Shown here: positions 39,999 through 50,388 of the stretch, in pieces
Numbering within the stretch: the first letter of the stretch is position 1
How the letters are laid out: each line of letters starts with the position of its first letter
NCBI GenBank assembly: GCA_963777955.1
Contig: CAVZSQ010000026.1
Span: 26,457 to 90,456 of the forward strand
Direction of reading: 5' to 3'
DNA length: 64,000 nucleotides
Origin: Calditrichia bacterium
GTDB lineage: Bacteria; Calditrichota; Calditrichia; JAJRVZ01
Program-made: the position numbers and the translations under genes
Notes under the pieces: generated by a model
Seen by the model: only the letters and a program-made list of their open reading frames with translations
What the model was told of the DNA's origin: nothing
Database searches by the model: none

Positions 39999-41537
39999 GT
40001 GAGCATGTTAGTAAATAATTTTCTTGAAAATTCCGTGCAAAAATTTCCGGATAAGCAGGCGGCCTGGTATAAGAATCAGTGGATGACTTACGCTGAAATT
40101 GAGCAGTTGGCAAACAAGGTGGCGCAGTTCCTGACCGAGTCTAAAATCGGCCGCGGCGATCGCGTGGCTTTGTTACTGGAAAATTCATTCGATTACATTG
40201 TCAATTATTACGGTATATTAAAATCTGGTGCGGTCACGGTTGCCCTGAATACGGAAACTACAACCGAATCATTAACTTATCTGTTGAATGATTCCGGAGC
40301 CAGGGCAATAATCACGCAAGCCAGGTTTTCCAAGTATCTGCTGCCCGCCCTGTCACGCGTACCCTACCTGAAATGGGTGATCATTGATCAGCAGAATCTG
40401 GATGATTATAAAGCGATTGCTCATTGTGAGCAGGTCAGCCTGCAGGCAATTTATCAAAATGCCCCTTCCACCACACCGGCCAGCCCCTGTATCGATCTGG
40501 ATCTGGCTTCGCTGGTTTATACCTCGGGCAGTACCGGTAAGCCCAAGGGTGTGATGCTCAGTCATCTCAACATCGTAGCCAATACCAATTCTATCGTGCG
40601 CTATCTGCAGTTGACCAGCGAAGATAAAATCATGGTGGTTTTGCCGTTTTACTATATCTATGGTAAATCCTTATTGAACACACATTTTTTTGCCGGTGGA
40701 TCGGTGGTAATCGACAATCGTTTTGCTTTTCCTAACGTGATTCTGGAAACCATGTTAAAAACCGGAGTAACAGGATTTTCGGGAGTTCCTTCGACATTTA
40801 TGATTCTACTGAACAAATCAACTTTGCGCAGCCAGAAATTCAGTACTTTACGTTATGTGACACAGGCGGGCGGGGCAATGGCACCGGCGATTCAGAGGGA
40901 AGTAGCCGAAATATTTGCGCCGGCAAAGTTGTTTATTATGTACGGAGCAACCGAAGCTGCTGCCAGGCTATCGTATCTCGATCCGGCCTTTCTGCCGCAC
41001 AAGTGGGGTTCTATCGGTAAAGCCATACCCAATGTAGAGTTATTCATCGCTGACGGAAGCGGAAGGGCTCTGCGGGCTGGTGAAGAGGGGCATATTGTGG
41101 CCAGGGGCTCCAACCTGATGCAAGGCTACTGGAATGATCATGCCGGTACAGCCGAGGTTTTAAAGAATGGACTGTATTTCACCGGTGACCTGGGCCGGAT
41201 GGATAAAGATGGATTCCTTTACGTGATCGGGCGAACCAAAGATATGATAAAAGTCGGCGGTGAAAGGATCAGCGCCAAAGAAGTGGAAGAGGTGATCCTG
41301 GAACTGAAACAGGTGCAGGAGGTAGCGGTTATCGGGGTAGCGGATGATTTGCTGGGTGAAGCGATCAAAGCCTATGTGGTAACCGCGGTCGATCACCAGA
41401 CTGACATTACTGAGATCAAAAATTACTGTAAAAAACGCTTGCCGCCGATCAAAAACCCGAAATATATCGAAATAATCGCGAGTTTACCCAAAAACCAGTC
41501 GGGTAAAGTGCTTAAGGAAAAATTAAAAGAAAAATAG
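39999..41537 (+). CDS. AMP-dependent synthetase/ligase (acyl-CoA or acyl-carrier-protein ligase)
   Basis: Adenylation motifs LVYTSGSTGKPKGVMLSH, YGATE, TGDLG..D.DGFLY..GR.KD.IK.GGE, and a C-terminal GKV.K. Confidence 0.88.
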   Translation: MSMLVNNFLENSVQKFPDKQAAWYKNQWMTYAEIEQLANKVAQFLTESKIGRGDRVALLLENSFDYIVNYYGILKSGAVTVALNTETTTESLTYLLNDSGARAIITQARFSKYLLPALSRVPYLKWVIIDQQNLDDYKAIAHCEQVSLQAIYQNAPSTTPASPCIDLDLASLVYTSGSTGKPKGVMLSHLNIVANTNSIVRYLQLTSEDKIMVVLPFYYIYGKSLLNTHFFAGGSVVIDNRFAFPNVILETMLKTGVTGFSGVPSTFMILLNKSTLRSQKFSTLRYVTQAGGAMAPAIQREVAEIFAPAKLFIMYGATEAAARLSYLDPAFLPHKWGSIGKAIPNVELFIADGSGRALRAGEEGHIVARGSNLMQGYWNDHAGTAEVLKNGLYFTGDLGRMDKDGFLYVIGRTKDMIKVGGERISAKEVEEVILELKQVQEVAVIGVADDLLGEAIKAYVVTAVDHQTDITEIKNYCKKRLPPIKNPKYIEIIASLPKNQSGKVLKEKLKEK

Positions 41538-41620
41538 ATAAAAAGTTCAAAATTATTTCCGAAATAATGATTATTCCTTTTTAAACATGAATCATATATA
41601 AGAAAAACAGGAAAATAAAA

Positions 41621-43988
41621 ATGAATGAAAAAAATACCCGGGTTACACCAAATGCCCCCGATACCTCTGCCGAACTTAAACGCTATCTGAATATTCTATT
41701 GAAGAATAAATACTGGATTGCCGGCATCACCATTTTTTCGACTATTGCCTGGTTGTTCCTGTACTTCTTGTTTCTGGAACAGGAAAAAACATACGACACC
41801 TCCACCGTTATACGGTTTAGTGATCAGCGGGGCAGAGCCACCACGACGGTCGGTGCCGTCCGTGAATTCGGGAACATGTCAAACGAGAGTAAAGCCGCTG
41901 TACTGCAAAGCAATATTTTTCTGGGCCGGGTAATCGATACGCTGAAATTAAACGTAATAATCGCCACACCCAAAATTCACCGGTTGGAATTATTGAAAAA
42001 AATTGAAGTCACAACGGATGTGGAATTTGGCGTTTATGAATTTATAAAGACAGAAAATAGTATCGAAGTATACTTTACCGACAGAAAAAAGAAAGTTGAA
42101 GATCTATTGGTATATACCGAACGCGATCTCAGTAAAAAAGAATTTGAATTCCAGCGCCCGGGTTTAACTCTGCTAATGACTCAGGATCAGTTCGATCTCA
42201 AACGTAAAATAAAAATTAGCATTGTGCCCAGGACTGTGGCCATTGAAGATCTGAGAAAAGCGATGGTTACACGGATGGATCCATCACAGACTTTACTGCA
42301 GTTGATTTATTCCGACAAGGATCCTGAATTCGGCGCGAAGGTCACCAATACCATGGCTATTCTTTTCCTGGATCAATTGTTATCTTATAACCGCTACCAG
42401 ACAACATCGGTACTGAAATCTATGGAAGAACAGTACACGGTTGCCGCAAAAGAATTGAAGGATTCAGAAGAAGCAGTGCGAATATTCAAAGAAAACAATC
42501 CATCCGTTATTCTGGCCAATGAACAACAAACCCTGGCCAACGATCTGGCCAACCATGAAGTCAGCCTGGTCAACGTCAGTCATACCAGGGAAGATCTGCT
42601 CAATCTGTTGAACAAAAAAAGTCAGATGAGCGGCGATCAGAATATGCGTTTCGTCAATGAAGAGGTTCTGGCTTTTTTAATCGCCCGCAATGTGCCGGGT
42701 GCATCCTCCTATTCCAATCAGTATGAAACGCTATTTTCCGATTTACAGGTATTGCAGGACGGTAATTATTCGGAAGATAATCCACAGCTGATCAACACCA
42801 GAAACCAGATCGCCAACCTGGAACGGAAAATAGACGAATCGGCTCAGGACTATCTGAATTCTCTCGGAAAAAATCGCGATCAGGCCCAGCAGAATCTTTC
42901 CCGGTCGCAGTCGGAACTGCGCCGTATGCCGCAGAAATCAATTGCGTCTGGCCGAACTGGAGCGGGACCGCCGGGTAAAAGATAGCATCCTGTCGAGTAT
43001 TTTATCACGAATTAACGAAGCCCGGGTCAATGATGCAGCCATCATCGCCGATGCTTTTATTATTGATGAAGCACAGCCACCTATCGTCAGCAACAAACTG
43101 ATGGAAAAATTGCCATTCTATGTCGCCGGTCTGTTCATCGGTCTGATCTTTTCTGTGGTCTTATTTATCGGAATGGATTTTTTAGATAGCAGTGTGAAGA
43201 GCATTTCGGATATCGAACAAAAAGTCCATTTTCCTGTTTTAGTGACCATTCCCGTCATCGGCTCCGAAAAAGAAATTCCGGATATGAAAGATCTCAAAAA
43301 GGATTACGATCCGAAACTTATCACTTCAGATTATGCACCGCATATTGCCGGTGAAAAATTCCGTTTATTACGCACCAAATTGGTTTTAGGCGATGGACGG
43401 ATGAAGAAAACTGTCCTGCTTACCAGTTTACAGCCGGGCGAGGGAAAATCTCTGGTGGCGGCCAACCTGGCTGTTACCTGTGCCCAGCAAAAACTGACCA
43501 CACTGCTGATCGATGCCGATTTGCGCAGGGGAGTATTACACCATACATTTAACCTGAAAAAGAAACCGGGTCTGGCCGAGATTCTGGTAAATAAAGCACC
43601 CCTGGCTCTGGAGGACCTGATACTGCGGCTGCAAAATACACATATTCCCAATCTGTCCCTGCTTTCCAGTGGAATGCAAATCCCTAATCCATCCGAATTA
43701 CTGGGTAGTGCCCGGATAAAAGAATTGCTGGGAATTTGTGAACAAAAATTCGATTATATTATAATCGATACTCCTCCGGTCGAATTCATACCCGATGCCA
43801 TAGTGCTGAATTCGCATATTCATAATGTCCTGATGGTTGTCCGCTACGGTAAGACGAACCTTAGCAAACTAAAAGAAAAACTTAATGAATATACAAATTT
43901 TCATAAGGATTTTCAGGGATTGATCATTAATGCTCATCAGGATTTTTCAAAAAAAGACAAATATACCTACTCATATTATCATTACTAA
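41621..43988 (+). CDS. polysaccharide co-polymerase / BY-tyrosine autokinase (Wzc/GumC-like), apparent frameshift near 42930-42945
   Basis: Wzz/chain-length domain with TM1 and a coiled-coil periplasmic region. ...ELRRMPQKS in the first frame continues as LRLAELERDRRVKDS in the next. Then TM2, Walker A GEGKS, LLIDADLRRG, IIIDTPP, and a Tyr-rich tail KYTYSYYHY. Confidence 0.85.
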
Positions 43989-44260
43989 TGCCCAAGAAAG
44001 GAAATATGTATATGGACAGCAAAGACCTGATAAAAAAATTCATCGAAAATAATTATATGGTTGAATTTAAAGAGGATTTTCAGGAGACGGATTCTTTTTT
44101 AGATAACGGTATCATCGATTCGACGGGTGTTTTAGAATTGATCGTATTTCTGGAAGAGAAGTTTGGCTTCAAGGTCGAAGATGCAGAGATTATCCCGGCT
44201 AACCTGGATAGTTTTAAGAATATTGAAAATTATATCAAATTGAAATCTACGAAAAATTAA
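43988..44260 (+). CDS. acyl carrier protein
   Basis: 90 aa with the phosphopantetheine attachment context LDNGIIDSTGVLELIVFLEEKFG. The start overlaps the upstream stop (TAATG). Confidence 0.8.
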   Translation: MPKKGNMYMDSKDLIKKFIENNYMVEFKEDFQETDSFLDNGIIDSTGVLELIVFLEEKFGFKVEDAEIIPANLDSFKNIENYIKLKSTKN

Positions 44261-44323
44261 CCAGTACTTTATTCTTTCCATTCAGGCAAAATTTGTAATT
44301 AAAATTGGACCTGCTGAAATATA

Positions 44324-45517
44324 ATGATATTTGATTTTATATTAATAATCCTGACAGCGATTGGCTTTCTGTTTTTATCCTATTATATTTTTTTATTGGT
44401 CGTATTATTATTTAATAAAAAAATGAGGGAAGTAATAGTACATGATCATCCGGAATTCAAGTTTGCCATCATAATTCCGGCCCATAATGAATCCGTAAAC
44501 CTGATTCCAACTGTTGAAGTTTGTAAAAAACTCGACTACCCGCAAGAATTATACGGTATTTATATAATTGCGGATAATTGCAGCGATGATACAGCAGTGA
44601 TTGGCCGCAACCTGAAGGTGAATGTACTTGAACGCAATGATCCGTTCCAAATTGGTAAAGGTTTCGCCCTGCAATGGGCCTTCAGTCAACTGTTACAAAA
44701 AGAGTATAATGCGTTTATTGTCCTGGACGCTGATTGTATTATTGATGCGGATGCGCTGTTATATTTTAACACCTATCTACTAAACGGCTTCAGGGTACTG
44801 CAGGCCAATTATCGGGTAAAAAATCCGGATGACAGTTTAATCAGTTATGTACTGGCGGTGGGGAATTATATTGAAAATAATTTTTTTTACCGCCCCAAAT
44901 CCCACACCGGTTTATCCGTTCTGCTGCGGGGAACCGGAATGGTCTTTACCCGGGATATCCTGGAGAAATATCCGTGGGATGCGCATTCCCTGGCTGAAGA
45001 TTCCGATTACTCACTGCTGCTGATCCGCGGGGATATTCAGATCAAGTTTTTGGATAAAATAAATGTTTTCACGGATATGCCTGTGAACCTTAAACAATTA
45101 CAGGTCCAGCGTGTCCGTTGGGCTGCGGGAAATTTTCAGTTGTGGAAAACGCATGCGCTTAAATTGATAATTGAAGGTATGCTGAAAAGAAAATGGATAC
45201 TGATCGATACAGGTTTTACTATGCTGGTAATGAGTAAGCCGATTGTCCTGTTACATCTGGTAGTGACCCTGACCCTGGCCATAATTAATGTATTTTTCGA
45301 TAATGGCTTACTGGCGCATCTCATTCTGATCATGGCTTTGTCGCTTTTATTACTAAATCTGATCTATTATTTGCTGAGTATTCAGAGACTGGGCCTCACG
45401 CGAAAACGGTTGTTATTTTTACTGAAATCACCTATGGTTATTTTTAAACTTTCCATTTTTTCCATCAAAGGACTTTTCGGAAATCTGCAACAATCGTGGA
45501 CCAAAACACCCCGTTGA
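44324..45517 (+). CDS. membrane-integrated family-2 glycosyltransferase, processive synthase type
   Basis: N-terminal TM helix, FAIIIPAHNE, IIADNCSDDT, VLDADC, the QVQRVRWAAG (QxxRW) motif, then about 4 C-terminal TM helices. Confidence 0.85.
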   Translation: MIFDFILIILTAIGFLFLSYYIFLLVVLLFNKKMREVIVHDHPEFKFAIIIPAHNESVNLIPTVEVCKKLDYPQELYGIYIIADNCSDDTAVIGRNLKVNVLERNDPFQIGKGFALQWAFSQLLQKEYNAFIVLDADCIIDADALLYFNTYLLNGFRVLQANYRVKNPDDSLISYVLAVGNYIENNFFYRPKSHTGLSVLLRGTGMVFTRDILEKYPWDAHSLAEDSDYSLLLIRGDIQIKFLDKINVFTDMPVNLKQLQVQRVRWAAGNFQLWKTHALKLIIEGMLKRKWILIDTGFTMLVMSKPIVLLHLVVTLTLAIINVFFDNGLLAHLILIMALSLLLLNLIYYLLSIQRLGLTRKRLLFLLKSPMVIFKLSIFSIKGLFGNLQQSWTKTPR

Positions 45518-45525
45518 AACAAGAG

Positions 45526-46638
45526 ATGGAAAAAAAAATCCTGCATCTGATCGCCACCAATTTTTATGGAGGTCCGGAAAAACAAATTGTTGAGCACCTG
45601 GTCCTATTGAACAGCAATAAAGATTTTTGCGGAATGCTGGGCTCGTTCCTGGAGAATAACCGGCCCAATGAAATACTGGAACAAGCCGCGGGAAAACAAA
45701 TAAAGACATTCGCTATCCCCATGTCCAGTGCGGTCGACCTGGGGGCGTTATTTCACCTGATCCGGATATTGCGCAGAGAAAAAATTGAACTGCTATGTGT
45801 ACATCATTATAAATCGGTGGTTCTTGGCATATTAGCCGGCAAATGGCTTAAAATTCCGGTGCTCGATTATTCCAGGGGATTCACAGCCGAAAATAAAAAA
45901 ATTGCATTTTATGAATCCCTGGAAAGATTCTTTTTACGCTGGATCGATGGGATTATCACAGTTTCTGCCGGGCAGCTGAACCTGCTGCACAGTTATGGCA
46001 TTAAACCCGCAAACATGTGGGTCGTTCATAACGGAGTACAAGTGGATATCCGGCAAACTTCCGGCCGTGATCTAAAAAAAGAATTGAATCTACCGGAAAA
46101 TACTTTGCTGGCCGCCACGGTCGGCCGCCTGAGTCCGGAAAAAGGACATACTTACCTGATTGAAGCTTTGTCGTACCTGGCCAGTGACATCAGAATCGTT
46201 CTCCTGTTCTGCGGTGACGGAGTAGAGAGCGCGAAACTGCAAGCACAGGCCCGGGAACTTGGCGTTAGCGAAAAATGCCGCTTTCTGGGATTTGTCAAAA
46301 ATATCAATGAGATTTATCAGGGGATTGATTTCCTGGTGCTGCCTTCCTTAACCGAAGGAATGCCCAATGTAGTACTGGAAGCATTTGCATTTAATAAACC
46401 GGTCGTGGCGACGGCGGTGGGAGGAGTTCCGGAAGTGGTCAGTGACGGGATCAATGGTTTTCTGGTTCCGCCGGAAAAGAGCAAGCACCTGGCTGAGGCC
46501 ATTGAAAAATTGAGCCGGGATGCGCAACTGCGTTCAAAAATGGGTGAAGCCGGACAGCGGGCAGTGCAAGAACGGTTCTCCTTTGAGAATCAAACCGGAA
46601 AGTTAATAAAAATTTACAATCTCTTTTTGAAAAATTAG
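45526..46638 (+). CDS. family-4 (GT-B) glycosyltransferase
   Basis: GGPEKQ N-domain, then GRLSPEKG...LPSLTEGMPNVVLEAFA..KPVVAT.VGG.PE (EX7E region). I take the start at ATG 45526, after the upstream stop. Confidence 0.88.
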   Translation: MEKKILHLIATNFYGGPEKQIVEHLVLLNSNKDFCGMLGSFLENNRPNEILEQAAGKQIKTFAIPMSSAVDLGALFHLIRILRREKIELLCVHHYKSVVLGILAGKWLKIPVLDYSRGFTAENKKIAFYESLERFFLRWIDGIITVSAGQLNLLHSYGIKPANMWVVHNGVQVDIRQTSGRDLKKELNLPENTLLAATVGRLSPEKGHTYLIEALSYLASDIRIVLLFCGDGVESAKLQAQARELGVSEKCRFLGFVKNINEIYQGIDFLVLPSLTEGMPNVVLEAFAFNKPVVATAVGGVPEVVSDGINGFLVPPEKSKHLAEAIEKLSRDAQLRSKMGEAGQRAVQERFSFENQTGKLIKIYNLFLKN

Positions 46639-46639
46639 C

Positions 46640-47681
46640 ATGCCGTACCTTTCAGTACCTTCAACAACTTCAACACAGGAATCGTTGCCATTCGTCACCG
46701 TGGTTATACCGGTAAGGAATGAGGAGCGTTTTATCAGGGAAACAATACTGCAAATTCTGCAGCAGGAATATCCACCGGAAAAATTCGAAATTATCGTTGC
46801 CGACGGATTTTCCAGCGACGCCACCCGGGACATTGTCGGTGAATTATCCCGCCGGTATGAACAGGTCATATTAATGTCCAATCCCGGCCAATTGCCCAGT
46901 TCCGGCAGAAATGTGGGATTCCGCAACGGTAAAGGAGATCTGTTCCTGGTCATCGACGGACATTGCCTGGTTGAAAACCGGAAGATGCTGAAAGAAATGG
47001 TTGAAGCATTTTCACGAAGTGGTGCAGCTTGCCTGGGCCGGCCGCAACCCTTCCATATTCCTGAGCAACCCACCTGGCAACGGGCCATCGCCATAGCCAG
47101 AACCTCCCGCCTGGGACACAGTTCTAACTCATTGATACATTCTAAATTTGAAGGGATGATCGATCCAACCAGCGTGGGTTGTGCCTATAAAAAGGAAGTC
47201 TTTGAGCAGATCGGCTACGTGGATGAATCGTTCGATGCCTGTGAAGATGTGGAATTTAACTACCGGGTGCAGCAGGCTGGTTTTAAATCCTATTTCACCT
47301 ACAAAATTGCCGTAACATATTTTCCCCGTGAGAATCTCAGCGGACTGTGGAAACAACTGGTGCGCTATGGCGAAGGGCGGGCCAGGTTCATGCTGAAACA
47401 TACCCGGACTTTAAATTTCGATATGCTGCTGCCGGTCCTGTTTACGCTCGGTGTATCCGCAGGCTGGCTGCATGGGATTCATACACTGGATATTTTTATT
47501 ACTCTGGATTTTAGTGCTTGGAATTTATCTCGGTATTGTTATTGGAGTTTCAGTATCTTTACGCCAGAGCGAACCTTTTACATTCATTTTTAAGTTAAGC
47601 GCGGTTCTTTTTGTCGTTCATTTCAGTCTGGGCTTTGGCATAATCAAATGCTTTTTAAAAAAATGGTTTAAGCGGATCTGA
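46640..47681 (+). CDS. family-2 glycosyltransferase, apparent frameshift near 47455-47500
   Basis: VTVVIPVRNEE, IIVADGFSSD and VIDGHC motifs. The C-terminal TM helices continue in the frame of ORF 47451-47681, whose stop overlaps the next ATG (ATGA). There is a T5 run at the shift. Confidence 0.82.
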
Positions 47682-48535
47682 TGACTGAATTTCAAATAAA
47701 AAAAATAGCGAATCTTTATAAAAAATCACATTTACCGCTGCACCGGGTAAAGAAGTTTACCTCGGCTATCCTGGTCTATCACGGTGTCGCGGAACATATT
47801 CAAAAAAACTGCATATCAATCGAACAGTTCAGGGATCACCTGAATTATTTAGAAAAAAAGTATGTAATCATCAAGTTAACTGAATTAATCGAGCGTATTC
47901 GGGCCGGGCAAGTTGACCGGAATTATGTGGTACTCACATTTGATGATGCCTATTCGAATTTATATCAGTATGCTTATCCGGAATTGGTCAGACGTAAGTT
48001 GCCGGCTATTATTTTTATTCCGGCCGATTATCTCGGACGGCATAATGCCTGGGATTATGACCGTAATCCGGTCAGATACCCATATCTGCAGGTCATGTCG
48101 CGGCAGGAATTGGCAGCCTTGGATGCGCAATTGATAGATTTTGGGTCGCATTCGCTGTCGCATAGACGGATGAAAGATCTGGATAGAATCGAACTTGCGA
48201 AAGAAATACAGGAATCGAAGCTGGTCCTGGAACAGAATCTTGGCCGCGAAATAAGATTTTTTGCTTTTCCTTACGGACAACTGACCGATTTTGATTCGCG
48301 GGCTGTAGAGTTGTTGAAAAATTCCGGATACAGCGGTTGCTGTACGACGCATTTTAGCAGATTTAACGACCGGACCAGTCCGTACCTCCTGAACAGAATA
48401 AGTGTCTGTGCTGATGATCAGGCTGTTGATCTTGAAAATAAGTTGTGCGGATACTATGACTGGCTGTCCGGGAAGGAAATTATCGTAAATAATCTGTCAC
48501 TGCTAAAAGTATTTAAAAGTAATGCAAAAAACTAA
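47681..48535 (+). CDS. polysaccharide deacetylase (NodB homology domain)
   Basis: VVLTFDDAYSN, FGSHS.SH and FAFPYG motifs. Confidence 0.88.
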   Translation: MTEFQIKKIANLYKKSHLPLHRVKKFTSAILVYHGVAEHIQKNCISIEQFRDHLNYLEKKYVIIKLTELIERIRAGQVDRNYVVLTFDDAYSNLYQYAYPELVRRKLPAIIFIPADYLGRHNAWDYDRNPVRYPYLQVMSRQELAALDAQLIDFGSHSLSHRRMKDLDRIELAKEIQESKLVLEQNLGREIRFFAFPYGQLTDFDSRAVELLKNSGYSGCCTTHFSRFNDRTSPYLLNRISVCADDQAVDLENKLCGYYDWLSGKEIIVNNLSLLKVFKSNAKN

Positions 48536-49811
48536 TTACACACCTTATCTGGTTATCCTGTATTTCTGGTGGATGATCACCACCCCCTTCGTTCGCTTTA
48601 CTATTTTTACCACTATCCGTTTCGAGCTGCTGTTGGTGTTCATCATGGCCATCAGTGTCTTCATGAATCTGAACCAGAATGTCAATTTAAAAAAAATGAC
48701 CATGCTGACGGTCGTGTTCGTATTTTTCTATTTCTGGATGCTGATCTGTTTCTTTTTATCCCCGTACAAAGTTAACAGCAACAGTTTATGGTGGTTTGAT
48801 AATTACTGGAAGTATCTGGTATTTTATTTTCTGATGATTTTCGGTATAAATGATTTTAAAGACCTGAAATTAGTGATTACCGGTTTTGTGGTAGCCACCT
48901 TTCTATACCAGATCCATTCCTGGCTGGATTTTATGCGCGGCGGCAGTTATGTATATCAGCAGGGCATTAAACGGATGGTCGGCACCTGGTCGGGTGGCGG
49001 AATCGGCGCGGCCAATGCTTTCGGATTGCTTTCGTTATTTCCATTGCCGCTGACCTATTTTTTGATGACTACACAAACAAATAAACGGTATAAGTATTTT
49101 TTTATGGGCTGTCTGGCCGTTTCCATTCTTTCGGTAATGTTTTGCGGCACCCGCGCAGCCATGGCCGGGGTAGTGGTATTCATATTGATCAGCATGAAGT
49201 ACAGTAAGAATATAATAAAAGTGATATTTGTCGCAGCGATATTTATGGTCTTAACCTATTTTATCCTGCCGGAATCATTGAAAAGCCGTTACTTCAGTTT
49301 TATGAGTAAAAGCGAATATCAAATGGATGATCTGCAAAAAAAGTTATCGGAACAATCGGCACATAGCCGCATAGAAGGATTGGTTGACGGCTGGAAACTG
49401 GCCATGCAGCGGCCGATCACCGGTTATGGTCCCGGTGCCTCCCCGGTAGCCAGGCTTTTAAAATTAAACAAGCAGGCTGATGCCTTAATGCCGGAATTAC
49501 TGCAATTACATAATTTATACGGCCAGGTGCCTGCCGAGACGGGAATTGTGGGCTTCATCATTTTTCTGATGCTGATTATGATATATTTTTCCCAGTTAAG
49601 AGCGGCTAAACCGTATTCCGATGTAGAGCTGATAATGCAATATAAGAAAATGTTCAGAAACCTGATGCTGTTGTGGTTATATTACGGTTTTGCCAGTCAT
49701 ACGCTTTTTCGGATCAACTGGTTCGTCATGTTTACCATGCAGAGCATCTTTATTTATAATTTAAAAAATAAAACTTTTGAGGAATTCAATTTAGATGATG
49801 AAAATTATTAA
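48522..49811 (+). CDS. O-antigen ligase/polymerase-like membrane protein (Wzy_C family)
   Basis: About 10 TM helices with a large loop carrying SRIEG...GYGPG and LHN.Y-type motifs. Confidence 0.75.
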   Translation: MQKTNYTPYLVILYFWWMITTPFVRFTIFTTIRFELLLVFIMAISVFMNLNQNVNLKKMTMLTVVFVFFYFWMLICFFLSPYKVNSNSLWWFDNYWKYLVFYFLMIFGINDFKDLKLVITGFVVATFLYQIHSWLDFMRGGSYVYQQGIKRMVGTWSGGGIGAANAFGLLSLFPLPLTYFLMTTQTNKRYKYFFMGCLAVSILSVMFCGTRAAMAGVVVFILISMKYSKNIIKVIFVAAIFMVLTYFILPESLKSRYFSFMSKSEYQMDDLQKKLSEQSAHSRIEGLVDGWKLAMQRPITGYGPGASPVARLLKLNKQADALMPELLQLHNLYGQVPAETGIVGFIIFLMLIMIYFSQLRAAKPYSDVELIMQYKKMFRNLMLLWLYYGFASHTLFRINWFVMFTMQSIFIYNLKNKTFEEFNLDDENY

Positions 49812-50388
49812 ACTGGCCTTGTTGACTTTTTTCGTGGTATGCCTGAGCCCCCTGATCATTCTGACCCGGCTCGGTTATCTGCTCAAATTTGAAGAATTTT
49901 TGGACATATTTGGAAAAATGCTGAGTGTTTTCCCCGGCCGCCTGGGAAGTTACCTGCGCATTGCCTATTATAAATTCGTGATAACAGGCATCGATACGAG
50001 TGTGCACATTGATTTCGGCAGTTTTCTATCCCGCCGGGATACGCTGATAGATGCCGGAGTGGTAATCGGTGCTTATTCGATCATCGGCCAGGCCCATATT
50101 AAAAAAAATACACTGATTTCCAGCCGGGTAAGTATCCTGAGCGGTAAATATCAGCATGGTAAAGCCTTCGGCACTGCCGGGAAATCGCTTAAAGAAAATA
50201 AAATGGAATTCGAAAAAGTGCAGGTAGGATCGGGCTGCTGGATCGGCGAGAATGTGATTATCATGGATGATGTTGGTGATGATTGTATCATCAGCGCAGG
50301 TTCCGTGGTAACCAAAAAAATACCCAACCATTCACTGGCTATCGGCAATCCGGCGCGTATAATGAACAGGGAAAACTGGAATGATTGA
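49795..50388 (+). CDS. hexapeptide-repeat (LbH) acyl/acetyltransferase
   Basis: VGSGCWIGENVIIMDDVGDDCIISAGSVVTKKIPNHSLAIGNPARI. Confidence 0.85.
   Translation: MMKIIKLALLTFFVVCLSPLIILTRLGYLLKFEEFLDIFGKMLSVFPGRLGSYLRIAYYKFVITGIDTSVHIDFGSFLSRRDTLIDAGVVIGAYSIIGQAHIKKNTLISSRVSILSGKYQHGKAFGTAGKSLKENKMEFEKVQVGSGCWIGENVIIMDDVGDDCIISAGSVVTKKIPNHSLAIGNPARIMNRENWND

Noticed and set aside
46603-47094. 163-aa minus-strand ORF
   Set aside because: It is antisense to the GT2 gene, and its Cys/Arg/Ser-rich translation is not protein-like.
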